This document shows positions 21,301 to 30,525 of a DNA stretch of 64,000 nucleotides, piece after piece. How positions within the stretch are numbered: position 1 is the first letter of the stretch; every line of letters begins with the position of its first letter. This DNA is from Candidatus Latescibacterota bacterium. GTDB taxonomy: Bacteria > Latescibacterota > UBA2968 > GCA-2709665. Under the pieces are notes generated by a model. It searched no databases and was not told the DNA's origin. It saw only the letters and a list, made by a program, of their open reading frames with translations. The DNA lies in assembly GCA_965208835.1 (NCBI GenBank), contig OZ242358.1, forward strand, positions 3,904,001 to 3,968,000, written 5' to 3'. The position numbers were made by a program, and so were the translations under genes.

Positions 21301-22510
21301 CGATGCCTGTGCTGTACCAATACAGATTGTCGGCTTCGCCCATCACCCACGCGTGGTGACGTAGAGGAGAGAATTGCCATTCGGCCGCCCACATGCATTG
21401 CTGCCACAGCGGGTGCGGATAGTCCTTTTGAAAGTATCGGCCGAGACAATAAAGCGCAACGGCGGCCCACTGGTGGTGCCGCGTACCGACGCCTGAGGGC
21501 GGCGTGTCATAGGCCTCTCTGCCCGTATCCAGATTCCGTACGATCATCGCGGTCCGGCTCTGCCCATAGGGATCGTGCGAAAACTGCTTCGCGAACGCGT
21601 TGGTGATCCGCAGCCGCTGTTCGTCCGTGAAGACCGGACTCTCCTCGATCAGGTCCCAGAAGAGGATCAGCATATGCGCGGTGTAATGGTATGGACCGCT
21701 GAGGGGCTCATCCTTGTTCTCGATCCTCTCACCGTCGATCGCCGCGATCCGGGCCCTCGCCGCGGCGTCCGGAAATGCCAGTCGCAGAAATTCCCGCGCA
21801 TGGCGTTCCTCACCGGTCATATAGTACATCGCCATGTGTTTACTGATGCTGTTCCACCCGAAATACCCCACGGACCGGTAACCCGCGGAGGCCTCCCAGG
21901 TTTCGAATTCCTGGAGTTCTTCCGGTACCTGAATGGCCTTTCCAAGACGGATCTCCATCATCCAGCCCAGCGACAGGTCGGCGCCATTGCCGTCGCTTTC
22001 GGCAACCTTTCGAATAATGACGTCTGCCGCCTGACCCACCCCGGTGGCATCGCTCCCGCCGACCGTAATCACGTTGCGACCGTTTCCGAAGGGATTGTGA
22101 AGCGAACGCACGTCGTAGCCGCCCGGACCGGGGTATTTCAAGTCCAGCAGCGTGTAGTATCGATCGTACAGTGCGGAAATGGTGCGATTCGTGGACCTGT
22201 TGCCCAGCAATATCAGGTTTTCTACAATCGGCGCCGAACCGGCGGGTGAATCGTCCCGCGCCAGGGGAACCTGCACCCCGGTGCGTTCAAGAATTGCCCG
22301 CTGGATACCCGCCGCTTGGGCGTCATAGACTCCGTTTGACGGGACCACGATCGTCGCGGCCGCCCGTCCGTCCTCCACGAGTACGGTATTCAGGTACATG
22401 TCTTTGAGGCGCTCATACACCGGCGGGATTGACGCGGGATTCGCGTGAAGGGACGTTGTCGCAGATGAAAGGAGAAGGAGAAGGAGAAGGACAACCGCGT
22501 GCGGAACCAT
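18386..22510 (-). CDS. Large secreted multidomain protein (probable glycan-active helical/beta core, FG-GAP/PQQ-like propeller, C-terminal FlgD/T9SS-type domain)
   Basis: Leu-rich signal peptide, DLDGDGAKE and DLNGDGKKE repeats, and C-terminal LYQNFPNPFN...WDG.D..G..VSSGVY...KMVLLK. Start uncertain. Confidence 0.7.
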   Translation of the reverse strand: MVPHAVVLLLLLLLSSATTSLHANPASIPPVYERLKDMYLNTVLVEDGRAAATIVVPSNGVYDAQAAGIQRAILERTGVQVPLARDDSPAGSAPIVENLILLGNRSTNRTISALYDRYYTLLDLKYPGPGGYDVRSLHNPFGNGRNVITVGGSDATGVGQAADVIIRKVAESDGNGADLSLGWMMEIRLGKAIQVPEELQEFETWEASAGYRSVGYFGWNSISKHMAMYYMTGEERHAREFLRLAFPDAAARARIAAIDGERIENKDEPLSGPYHYTAHMLILFWDLIEESPVFTDEQRLRITNAFAKQFSHDPYGQSRTAMIVRNLDTGREAYDTPPSGVGTRHHQWAAVALYCLGRYFQKDYPHPLWQQCMWAAEWQFSPLRHHAWVMGEADNLYWYSTGIAPILTYMLISGDRAALRNGVLETLLRGQEILISGREPDWALRYASIGYLHKAAYLTGDGRYLEYARRTGVNLDAFRLGQSFWPEPGLVPAQPTDLVQQWSVLELPEPMWKRRASGLPLSDSFQFGSFRSTSDGTGDYVLIDGLNGASRNPYHSFAVLELRLDGETILQGYGNQVLTGADGIVEPHSPMDAALRYRDVVGRTAVAVAEVPDASFCSWRRALMQRVGRYALFVDRLKFRTDSANLEVRTEWTAPGRWRSIAAGGESHIETGGVRFGIRASDPVEITLNGRTASLVWTGAVSSGEERTFFSLIADNGAAGVPVSCLRLGTQAAALGLPEPAIAVCGEYAGIAGDLVLLAGDHLFGKDLKTAGLPGILFAADAPVDLDWDFHTGSAVFTAREETRIRASFAEPSDVVMDGVPLPILADSDSGAVFDVTEGRHELTGATPDPGVLAETVDRLSRMLSQARASRRRDAELPDARVAPEGPPAPLFLRTRIGGPVTDMISFTAEGETWIGVAAESGVHLLTQDGREGRFFRTDAPIRAMAWWDAFQLLLVGCRDEQVIAFDLEGRRRWTFVSEMHPAVYRAGKTYWFKTAPGHEGIHGLHTGIFRNGKSQAFVGSACTLEILNGRGELEERLPVFWGPGTRFALIQSPRGGVDLLIARQPTDSHALSVVNSRSAQVTRGRFAGVPAGHTYIGGWASMSRKHILYEDLDGDGAKEVISEINGTWNRVTVWNENGAALYNANFGPGNRIPAQNMRDLAIGDLNGDGKKEILAATSKGLVVALDARCNRVWTRRLHSPPTVLAYLRANEASWVVTGCEDGSIIVLDGSGEVRGLGRVSGKPTRILRIGDGVVIGTDAGEVTGWKIAGRFLGDAPAEPGEYALYQNFPNPFNIECQIAYQLPEAGDVSLIVYNLLGQRIRVLAEGKRQAGYYQITWDGMDDSGQEVSSGVYCSRLAVDGGKFTAVRKMVLLK

Positions 22511-22754
22511 TTCCACGTTCCTCTTTCGCGCCCTGACGCACCTGCGGGCGCGAGGGCGGTCAATAAGCCGTAACAACACAGGGTCGCAGAAATATAGCCA
22601 GTTTAAGGTCCAATGTGTAGTCGTACCTATTCGGCAGTCGCATAGACAGGGCGCGCGAGGGACTCTTCACCCTCCATGTCTGGACCCCCGATACCTTGCG
22701 TGACCACCGTCATTCGGCTATCTTTTGGCTTGAATCAAGCAGGAAGGAGAAAAC

Positions 22755-23618
22755 ATGCAATACCGCGAATTCGGCAATACGGGCATCCATGTCAGCGAGG
22801 TCAGCCTGGGAGGCGCGTACATCGGAGGACGGGACCCCGAACGCGAGCGGGAAAACGCGGTTGAGATCGTCCAGCGTGCGGACGAACTGGGAATCAACTA
22901 TATCGACACCGCGCCGCTTTACGGCAAGAGCGAAGCGCTGTTCGGGTACGCCCTCGAAGCCGCCGGCGCCCGCCTGCATGTCGCCACAAAGTTAGGGTTT
23001 GACCCCAAAGACTTCGACTATCGGCGTGACAGCGTATTGCGAAGCCTGGAACGAAGCCTGAAGCGGCTGCGCATATCCAGGCTTTTTTCGGCCCAGATCC
23101 ATCAGGTGAGCGAAGCCGGCTGGGAACGCATCGTGGAACGGGGCGGGACCCTGGAGGGGCTGCGGGAGGCGCAGAAACGCGGCCTGTGCGACCACATCGG
23201 CATAACGGACCGGGCCATTCCCCTTCTGGCGAAACTCGCTCGCACGGGTGAGTTCGAGACCCTTCTTGTTTTTCACGATTACCACCCCTGTTCGCAAAAG
23301 GCCGCCGATGAGGTCATACCGGCGGCAGCCGCAAGCGGGATGGGTATTGTGGTTGCCACAGTGCTCGCCGGAGGGCTGTTCTCCGACGAACCCCGGCGAA
23401 GGGCGGCACTTGAAAACCTGCAGGATCCGGGCGACCGGGCCAACGCGGAAGCGATCATTGGACGCCTCCGGGATAAACCGGGGACCGTGCCCCGGAATGC
23501 GTTCCGATATGTACTGGCGGACGCGAGGGTCAGCACGGTATCGAGCGGCGCGGCGAACGCGGCCGAACTGGACGACGTAGCCCTCGCGTCGGAGATGGGT
23601 CCGCTTCGGTTGGGCTGA
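22755..23618 (+). CDS. Aldo/keto reductase
   Basis: MQYREFGNTG, GINYIDTAPLYG, ATK and SLERSLKRL motifs. Confidence 0.92.
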   Translation: MQYREFGNTGIHVSEVSLGGAYIGGRDPERERENAVEIVQRADELGINYIDTAPLYGKSEALFGYALEAAGARLHVATKLGFDPKDFDYRRDSVLRSLERSLKRLRISRLFSAQIHQVSEAGWERIVERGGTLEGLREAQKRGLCDHIGITDRAIPLLAKLARTGEFETLLVFHDYHPCSQKAADEVIPAAAASGMGIVVATVLAGGLFSDEPRRRAALENLQDPGDRANAEAIIGRLRDKPGTVPRNAFRYVLADARVSTVSSGAANAAELDDVALASEMGPLRLG

Positions 23619-23782
23619 GCCGGCTTGAAGCCCGGGTGTTGGCGCATACGATGCGCCTGATGTATTTCAGGGAACCGTCTCCCGTCGCCTGGTGTCTTTC
23701 ATGGGCGCGTGATCGACTGTAACGCCCATGGATGCCTCGTTTAATACGTTGGTGCGCATTGTTCCGCACGGAGGGTCGCAAG

Positions 23783-26248
23783 ATGAGGAACTTTCTGGCT
23801 TTCGCGATAACATGCGTTCTTGGTACGGCTGGCGCAGCCCCAGTCGAAGCGACCGATTCCATCCAAACGTCAGCTGACGGTCTTTACCGCGAGGGCATGC
23901 GGTTGTTCGAAGCTGGAGACCCGGACGCCGCGCTGCGGAAATTCAGGCAAGCGCTGGGAATAAGCAGGAAACACGCGCCTTCGTTGGTCGGGATCGGCCA
24001 CGTGTATCTGCGGCGTGACGACCTGGATGCGGCCGAAGACGCGTTTATGGATGCCAGGCGCCGGCAAAGGAAATACGGCCCCGCCCACAATGGGTTGGGG
24101 CTGGTGTACATGAGGAAAGAAAAGGGGTTGCAGTGGGCGATCAAATACTTCCAGGATGCGATTTCAATGGACCGAGCCTATGCCGAGGCCTACTACAATC
24201 TTGCAAGGGCCTACCGTGAGATTGGCGACACCAAAGAGTTGATGGCGTACAGGCGACTTTCAAATATCGCACCGGAGCATCCGGATGTCTGGTTTCGCAT
24301 CGGTCGCATCTACAAGAATGGCGAAGCGGGAGAGTATGTCCAGGGCGAAAAGGCGGAAATGGCCTTTCGAAGGCAACTCGAGGTCAACCCGGATCACGCG
24401 GAAGCCCGGCTGGAACTGGGGGAGGTATTGACCGAACTGGAAAGGGCTGATGAGGCCCTGCCGGTTCTCACGCCGCTTGTGGAATCCGGCAATCCCCTCC
24501 AGCAGCGGTCGCTCGTGGCGATTGCAGAAGCCTGCATGAAACAGCGCCAATTCGACCGCGCCGACGTCCTCTTCGACCGGTATCTCGAGGGCCTGGGAGC
24601 GGACACGCAGACCGTATATTTCGACCTGCGCGAAGTGGCGGAAAACGGTGAGCGGGAAAAATTCGAAGCCGCGCCCCCGGCGGAGTGGAAGGCACTTTCC
24701 GAGAAATACTGGTCCGGCCGGGATCCTGCCCCCGCAACGGCCGCGAACGAGCGAAAGCTGGAACATTACCGCCGCGTGGCATACTCGCTGGAGCATTTCG
24801 GAAAGGACCGGTTCCCCTGGGACGTGCGCGGAGACGTCTACGTGCGCTACGGCAGTCCCGCCCACGTGAGCAGTTCCGAGAATATCCGATTCGAAACGAA
24901 CCCGAAAGCGATCAGGATCAAGGAACGGATCGCACTGCATGCCGGCGACGCGCTTTCCCACATGCTCAGGGTGCGAAACAGCGAGACGACTTCCTACGGA
25001 GGCAGGGACGGAGATCTCGGCGAAGCGAGTGTTTTAGGGCCCGTCAGCGAGAATCTTCGTGAAATGGAGGAGGCGGGCGTCACGCGGACAGCTACCGGCG
25101 GATACAGGGCGATCCCGTTGAGCGACGGCTCGGGGGATCTTTCCGGTAAATTGCGGATGACGTCCAGCATTCTGGGCTGGCCGGTGTACCCCGTTTACGG
25201 AAAAGTCTGGGAATACTGGATTTATACGGACGTGGGGCCCGGGATGGAGATTACCTTCACCCGCACGCTGGGAAAGACGTCTTTCAAATTCGCCGATATG
25301 CCCAGCGGGAAGGGCGGACACTCCCGCCACCTGTATACCTGGCAGCGCATGAATCCCAAGTTGAAACTGGACCATGTAGGTCGCCGTGTGCCCACACTCT
25401 ACAGGCCCACATTCGCCACGGGTCCGCTTGCGTATTTCTTCGACTCCGCGGGCTTCAAGGGAGCGCAGGACGCTTCGAATCTTGAAGTGTACTATGGCAT
25501 ACCGCTCTGGGAGCTGTCCTTCTCCCCGGGGTTCGACGGAAAGCCAACGGCCCGACTGAAAAACGGCGTGGCGCTTTACAACGATGCGAACGAGCGGGTG
25601 CTGCGGAGAGACGCGGAATTCGAGTTGTTTTCCGACATGCCTGCGGATACTTCCCGGATGGCCTATGTTCCGGAGATGTTCCGGGTTTCGGCTCCGCCCG
25701 GCAGATACCGGATGTCCGTCCAGGTAATTGACACCGGTACGGGCAGATCGCAGGTCTACGAGCAGCACGTCGTGTTGCCGTCATTTGCCAGCGGTTATCT
25801 GAGGCTGAGCGGAATCCAGCTGGCTGCGTCCATCCAACCCGCGGAGGGCGATCGATTCCGAAAGGGTGACATCCAGGTCGTTCCCAATCCCACGCGGACG
25901 TATGAACGCGGGCAATCGGTTTTCATCTACTACGAGGTCTACAATCTGAAGCGGGATTCGTTCGGAGCCACGCGCTACCGGGTGTCCTACGAAATGCGGT
26001 CGGCGCTGAGCGAATCGATTGGCGCCCGTATTCGAAGTGGAATCGGGAAACTGATGAATATCCGGCAGCACAATCAGGCGTCGATTTCGATCGAATACGC
26101 CCATATCGGGAACCGTGCAGACGACCAGGGATACGTGGAGCTGGACATGGCGGCTTCCGATCCGGGAGAAAAGTTCGTGAGGGTGACCGTAACGGACCAG
26201 GTGTCCGGACAGACGACGACCGGAACCACGAGATTGACGATCAGGTAG
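23783..26248 (+). CDS. Secreted TPR + GWxTD-type domain protein, paralog of 2679-5087
   Basis: Signal peptide after GGAGG, TPRs, NERKLEHYRRV, WDVRGDVYVRYGSP and IYYEVYNL motifs. Confidence 0.8.
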   Translation: MRNFLAFAITCVLGTAGAAPVEATDSIQTSADGLYREGMRLFEAGDPDAALRKFRQALGISRKHAPSLVGIGHVYLRRDDLDAAEDAFMDARRRQRKYGPAHNGLGLVYMRKEKGLQWAIKYFQDAISMDRAYAEAYYNLARAYREIGDTKELMAYRRLSNIAPEHPDVWFRIGRIYKNGEAGEYVQGEKAEMAFRRQLEVNPDHAEARLELGEVLTELERADEALPVLTPLVESGNPLQQRSLVAIAEACMKQRQFDRADVLFDRYLEGLGADTQTVYFDLREVAENGEREKFEAAPPAEWKALSEKYWSGRDPAPATAANERKLEHYRRVAYSLEHFGKDRFPWDVRGDVYVRYGSPAHVSSSENIRFETNPKAIRIKERIALHAGDALSHMLRVRNSETTSYGGRDGDLGEASVLGPVSENLREMEEAGVTRTATGGYRAIPLSDGSGDLSGKLRMTSSILGWPVYPVYGKVWEYWIYTDVGPGMEITFTRTLGKTSFKFADMPSGKGGHSRHLYTWQRMNPKLKLDHVGRRVPTLYRPTFATGPLAYFFDSAGFKGAQDASNLEVYYGIPLWELSFSPGFDGKPTARLKNGVALYNDANERVLRRDAEFELFSDMPADTSRMAYVPEMFRVSAPPGRYRMSVQVIDTGTGRSQVYEQHVVLPSFASGYLRLSGIQLAASIQPAEGDRFRKGDIQVVPNPTRTYERGQSVFIYYEVYNLKRDSFGATRYRVSYEMRSALSESIGARIRSGIGKLMNIRQHNQASISIEYAHIGNRADDQGYVELDMAASDPGEKFVRVTVTDQVSGQTTTGTTRLTIR

Positions 26249-26346
26249 GGCTGACCTCATATGGACGATAGGGGCGGAGGGGACCGGGAGCAGCAGACGA
26301 CATCGGACCATTTCGGGCATCGACCACGTTTGTCACGGAGCGATCC

Positions 26347-28632
26347 ATGAACATCAACCCGCCAATCCGGCTGGTTCTGGCCCTCCTTCTGTGGGCCTGT
26401 TCGGAGGAAGAGGCGGCGGTTAGCCTTTCCGGAGCAGTGGCGCGCCCGGGTGCTTACGCCCACAAGCCGGAATGGACGGTGGCCGATTACGTAGAGGCCG
26501 CCGGCAGTTATACCGCGGAAGCGGTCGTTTCCGAGGGAAGGTTGATCCGGGTACAGCGGGACAGCGTGACCAACGAGGAGACGCTCCGGTCGTGGTGGCC
26601 ACTGGTATCGTCGCCACCGGTCTTCGCAGGGGACGTAATCGTCATCCCGTTTCGGACGTACGCGGTGCAGATGGATTCCGTACGGCCGGTGGAAAACCTG
26701 ACCATTCAATGGAAGGACAGGGAGTATCGGGTTCCGGAAGCGTGGCTGGCCGAAGGCCGGACCGACTCGGGGGTGATGGTTGCTTCCGTGATTGGTACCG
26801 GCACGGTCGTTGGAAGCGCAGAAGGAGAGATCCTGGGCAGGTTTCAGTATCTGTACCTGCATCTCCACCCCCATGTCTACGACGAATTGGCGCTGCCTGC
26901 CCGAAGCCCGGTTGAGAACGACATGATCCTGGAAGATGCCGTTGGTGTCCATCAGAGCGTTTTTCCCAGACTCCGCCACCGGTCCGGAGTACGCGCCGAG
27001 ATGCCGCCGGCCGGGTATTTGCGGGTACTGGCAGGCGTGTGGCCAAAACCCAAGAGCAAGACGATGCCCGGTTCGGGCATGCGCAGACGGAAATACAGGG
27101 ACGGACGAGAGTGGACCACGTTTCCGGATGGCAGGCAGCGAGTGGTCTTCCCGGACGGGCGGGTGGAAGTGGAATTGCCCGACGGAGCGCGGGAAAATCG
27201 CCATGCCGACGGCAGGATCGAAATGACGGACGCGCGGGGAAACGTTCGGGTGACCCATCCTGATGGAGGGATCGCTGCCACATTCGCGGACGGCAACCGG
27301 GAAGAACGATTTGCCGACGGGCGCATCGTTCAGCACTTCAAGACCGGAACAGAGCGGACGATTTTTCCTGACGGCAGCGAGACGACGCGATTTGAGGACG
27401 GCACCCTCCGCGTGAAGCGCAGGAATGGGACCGTTGAGATGACCTTTCCCGAGGGAATGAAGGAGACCCGTTATGCGGACGGTCGAATCGTTGCCATAAC
27501 CGGTGAAGGACACCGGGTCACCGTGTTCCCGAACGGACGGCGGCTTACCCGGACACGGGACGGTACGGTGCTGGAGGAATTCGCGGACGGGCGGCGGGTA
27601 CAACGGGGTCCGGACGGCGAGCGTGTGGAGGTATTTATAGACGGGACCAGGCGAACCTTCATGAAGGACGGCTCCTCGGTTATTGAGAAACCTGGAGGCG
27701 GCCGCGTCGAGCGCCATGCGGATGGCTTGACCGTAGAGATGTACCCGGACGGGCGCGAAGTGCAGACCGGTGCCGACGGCGTCCGCCTGGAGGTGTTTCC
27801 CGACGGCCGGGAAGTACAGACCGACGCCGGTGGCAACCGGCTGGAGACGTTTCCGGACGGACGGCGTCTTCAGAGCGACGCAAAGGGCAACCAGGTAGAG
27901 GAGTTTCCGGATGGGACGCGGATCAAGACCTTTGTGAATGCCTACAGGTACTGGGGACCGTTAAGGAATGATCTTGCGGACGTCGACGAAACACCGGGCC
28001 GACTGTCGCCAGGTGGTCGCCTGCGGGTGTCGGGCGCTTTAATTTCCGATCTCGACGACCTGCTGGCGACTGTCTTCCGGCTGCCCGATGGCAATGTGTT
28101 TGAGTCGCCGGTTGAGCGGGAGGAAGGGCGGTTTTCCTGTGTGTTCCCGGAAAGTGTCCTGACGAAATCCGGACATTACCGTGTACAGGTCCTGGCGCAA
28201 CTCGCCGAAGGGGCCGTCGTGGTCGCCGACCGGCCCCTGGTCGTTGGGCATCCGCCGCCGCTCGGGAGATTTGTACTCGCGGTCATGCCGTTTCGAGGCG
28301 CGGAAGACGCCCGGAGCCGGCTTTCGCGGATGATCAACGCGACGCGCAGCCGACTGGGACTGCCGGCGCTTAAGGCGCATCCACCGCTGATCGATGCGGC
28401 CCGGGCGAGGTTGTGGGATGTCCTGGCGTCTGGCGGCCCTGCGACCGAACGGACGCGCTGGGGCGCGGAGAGTATTACCCGGGGTCCTTCCCTTGAGGAA
28501 GTATTCACCTATATGATGCACAGCGCCGCCCAGAGGCGGAGCATTCTGAACCGTGAATGGAAGCACGTGGGCCTGGCCGTGGATCAGGACGGCGCAGAAA
28601 TCGTGGCCGTGGTGATTCTTGACAAGACCTAG
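26347..28632 (+). CDS. Lipoprotein with SLBB-like domain, long PDG beta-hairpin repeat (Tcp10_C-like) and C-terminal CAP/SCP-like domain
   Basis: LLLWAC lipobox, VSLSGAVARPGAY...AAG (SLBB-like), ~30 (F/Y)PDG-type turns at ~9-aa spacing, and INATR...GLPAL...ILNREWKHVGLAV (CAP). Confidence 0.72.
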   Translation: MNINPPIRLVLALLLWACSEEEAAVSLSGAVARPGAYAHKPEWTVADYVEAAGSYTAEAVVSEGRLIRVQRDSVTNEETLRSWWPLVSSPPVFAGDVIVIPFRTYAVQMDSVRPVENLTIQWKDREYRVPEAWLAEGRTDSGVMVASVIGTGTVVGSAEGEILGRFQYLYLHLHPHVYDELALPARSPVENDMILEDAVGVHQSVFPRLRHRSGVRAEMPPAGYLRVLAGVWPKPKSKTMPGSGMRRRKYRDGREWTTFPDGRQRVVFPDGRVEVELPDGARENRHADGRIEMTDARGNVRVTHPDGGIAATFADGNREERFADGRIVQHFKTGTERTIFPDGSETTRFEDGTLRVKRRNGTVEMTFPEGMKETRYADGRIVAITGEGHRVTVFPNGRRLTRTRDGTVLEEFADGRRVQRGPDGERVEVFIDGTRRTFMKDGSSVIEKPGGGRVERHADGLTVEMYPDGREVQTGADGVRLEVFPDGREVQTDAGGNRLETFPDGRRLQSDAKGNQVEEFPDGTRIKTFVNAYRYWGPLRNDLADVDETPGRLSPGGRLRVSGALISDLDDLLATVFRLPDGNVFESPVEREEGRFSCVFPESVLTKSGHYRVQVLAQLAEGAVVVADRPLVVGHPPPLGRFVLAVMPFRGAEDARSRLSRMINATRSRLGLPALKAHPPLIDAARARLWDVLASGGPATERTRWGAESITRGPSLEEVFTYMMHSAAQRRSILNREWKHVGLAVDQDGAEIVAVVILDKT

Positions 28633-28689
28633 TGTTCTGTCCCCACAGCAAGTTGCCTAAATTCGACCGCCGAGTCGCCCGGCTCGCAT

Positions 28690-28710
28690 CCTTCGACAGG
28701 CTCAGGAACC
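28690..28710. repeat. Single REP-like unit CCTTCGACAGGCTCAGG
   Basis: Same motif as the inverted pair at 54492-54592. Confidence 0.5.
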
Positions 28711-28837
28711 AGCGCTTGAGCGCAGGCGACCTGCGTAGGGTCGGCGAGCGAGGGGAACGTCGCGAGACGGGATGAATCGTCGGTCGAATGGTGAGGAATT
28801 TTCGGGACAGGACACCAGCGTGGACGATGCGGATATG

Positions 28838-28871
28838 AAAAGGGCCGACGTGAATTTGTCGGCCCTTTTTT
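28838..28871. terminator. Bidirectional intrinsic terminator
   Basis: AAAA-GGGCCGAC-N8-GTCGGCCC-TTTTTT between convergent genes. Confidence 0.8.
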
Positions 28872-28899
28872 ACGTTCCCGTATTCCGGAACGACCCCTA

Positions 28900-29063
28900 A
28901 GAAGCTGTCTTAAAATTCCCAGCGGTCTTCGCACGGCTGCAAAAGCGCCGGTCGGCGTTGGTCAAACCCACCCGTATAGACAAATATGGGCGAGTTTTCC
29001 CGCCTTGACCGCCACTTTTTCGCTCGCGCTCGGGAACACGCCGGTGATTTTAAAACAGCTTCT
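28900..29063. mobile_element. MITE-like repeat family A, short form (164 bp, inverted)
   Basis: Same TIRs and arms as the long form; the central 37-nt segment is replaced by 13 nt. Confidence 0.85.
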
Positions 29064-29113
29064 AAACGGAAAAACAGGCGCCCGTAACTGCGCGTTCATC
29101 CGGTGAGGTCCAG

Positions 29114-30196
29114 CTATTTCCGCCCGTACTGAAGAATGAAATCTTCCACCATCTCCCGGGCTTCGTCGTCGCTGAACTGCTCGGGCGGGGTCTTCATAAA
29201 GTAGGAGGAGGGGCCCAATAACGGTCCTTTCAGGCCGTGTTCCAGACCCAGTTTGCAGCAACGGACCGCGTCGATGACCACGCCTGCGGAATTGGGCGAA
29301 TCCCATACCTCCAGTTTCAATTCCAGGTTAAGCGGCACACCGCCGAAGGTTTCACCTTCCATCCGGATGTGGCACCACTTCCGGTCTTCCAGCCACGGCA
29401 CATGATCGCTGGGGCCGACGTGGACGTTCGCCTCACCCAAATCGTAGTCAAGCTGGGAAGTCACTGCGTTGGTCTTGCTGATTTTCTTGGATTCCAGCCT
29501 TGATCGTTCCAGCATGTTGTAGAAGTCGGTGTTCCCGCCAAAGTTCAACTGGTAGGTACGGGTAAGCTTGACGCCTCGCTCACGGAAGAGCCGGGTGAGA
29601 ACCCGGTGGGCGATGGTTGCCCCGACCTGCGATTTGATATCGTCTCCAATGATTGGCAGGCCGCGCTTTTCGAATCGATCGGGCCAGTGTCCCGCGCTCG
29701 CAATGAAAACGGGCACGCAATTGACGAAACCGCAGCCGGCTTGAAGAACCTGCTCCACGTACCACTTCGTGGCTTCTTCGCTTCCGACAGGAAGATAGTT
29801 GACAACCACGTCGGTTCCCGATGCTTTGAGGACCTCCGCCACGTCCACGGTGCTCCCGTCGGCCTTTTGTATGACTTCGCTGAGATACCGGCCCAGACCG
29901 TCGTGGGTCATTCCGCGCTGAACGGGCACGTCGAGGTGAGGAACATCCGCGAATTTGACGGTATTATTGGGCTCGGTGAAGATCGCCTCGCTGAGATCCC
30001 TGCCGACCTTGTTCGTATCGATGTCGAACGCGGCCGAGAACTCGATGTCGCGGATGTGATAGCCGCCCAGTTCAGGATGCATCAGCCCGGGAATGAAGCT
30101 GTCTTCAGGCGCATCCCCGTAATACTGGACGCCCTGGACGAGAGAAGATGCGCAGTTGCCGACACCGACGATGGCAACGCGGACTTTCCTGGCCAT
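29114..30196 (-). CDS. ino1: myo-inositol-1-phosphate synthase
   Basis: [33 protein letters not shown] and VWDSPNSAG motifs. Confidence 0.95.
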   Translation of the reverse strand: MARKVRVAIVGVGNCASSLVQGVQYYGDAPEDSFIPGLMHPELGGYHIRDIEFSAAFDIDTNKVGRDLSEAIFTEPNNTVKFADVPHLDVPVQRGMTHDGLGRYLSEVIQKADGSTVDVAEVLKASGTDVVVNYLPVGSEEATKWYVEQVLQAGCGFVNCVPVFIASAGHWPDRFEKRGLPIIGDDIKSQVGATIAHRVLTRLFRERGVKLTRTYQLNFGGNTDFYNMLERSRLESKKISKTNAVTSQLDYDLGEANVHVGPSDHVPWLEDRKWCHIRMEGETFGGVPLNLELKLEVWDSPNSAGVVIDAVRCCKLGLEHGLKGPLLGPSSYFMKTPPEQFSDDEAREMVEDFILQYGRK

Positions 30197-30300
30197 TTCA
30201 ACACTCCTTCGAGAGAAAAAGTTCCGCCTACTTGGACAAAAACAGGTGTAAAAGATAGGTACATTTATATATTTGACAAATGAATAATTACTATATTATT

Positions 30301-30317
30301 TATAGGAATTCTCTATA
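30301..30317. promoter_or_regulatory. LysR-type binding site between divergent ino1 and lysR
   Basis: Perfect TATAG-N7-CTATA palindrome (contains T-N11-A) in the AT-rich divergent region; TTGACA at 30273. Confidence 0.65.
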
Positions 30318-30348
30318 GAAAAATGTCTTGTTCAGGGGTGACTTAAAT

Positions 30349-30457
30349 CCGGGCGCCCACAAGGGACGTCTCTACAAGTGCATCGTCGGCACGAAACCCG
30401 GATCGTTCCAATTCACGGAAGTCTGGGTTTATAGGGGAGACCCTTGTGGGCGCCCGG
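30349..30457. repeat. Inverted pair of GTAG-type REP-like sequences
   Basis: CCGGGCGCCCACAAGGG..CTCTACA and TATAGGGGAGACCCTTGTGGGCGCCCGG; 17-bp perfect inverted match. Confidence 0.65.
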
Positions 30458-30525
30458 CCTCCGATCTCTGCCGACTCACCTCTACCCTCTCCCGGCCTCT
30501 CGGGAGGGCACAACAGGAGGTGTAA

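Noticed and set aside
22469-22491. (AAGGAG)n simple repeat in the signal-peptide coding region
   Set aside because: The 6-bp unit keeps frame and just encodes poly-Leu; no phase variation implied.
27730-27910. Regularly spaced DNA repeats resembling a CRISPR array
   Set aside because: They are in-frame 54-bp coding repeats with no unique spacers and no cas genes.
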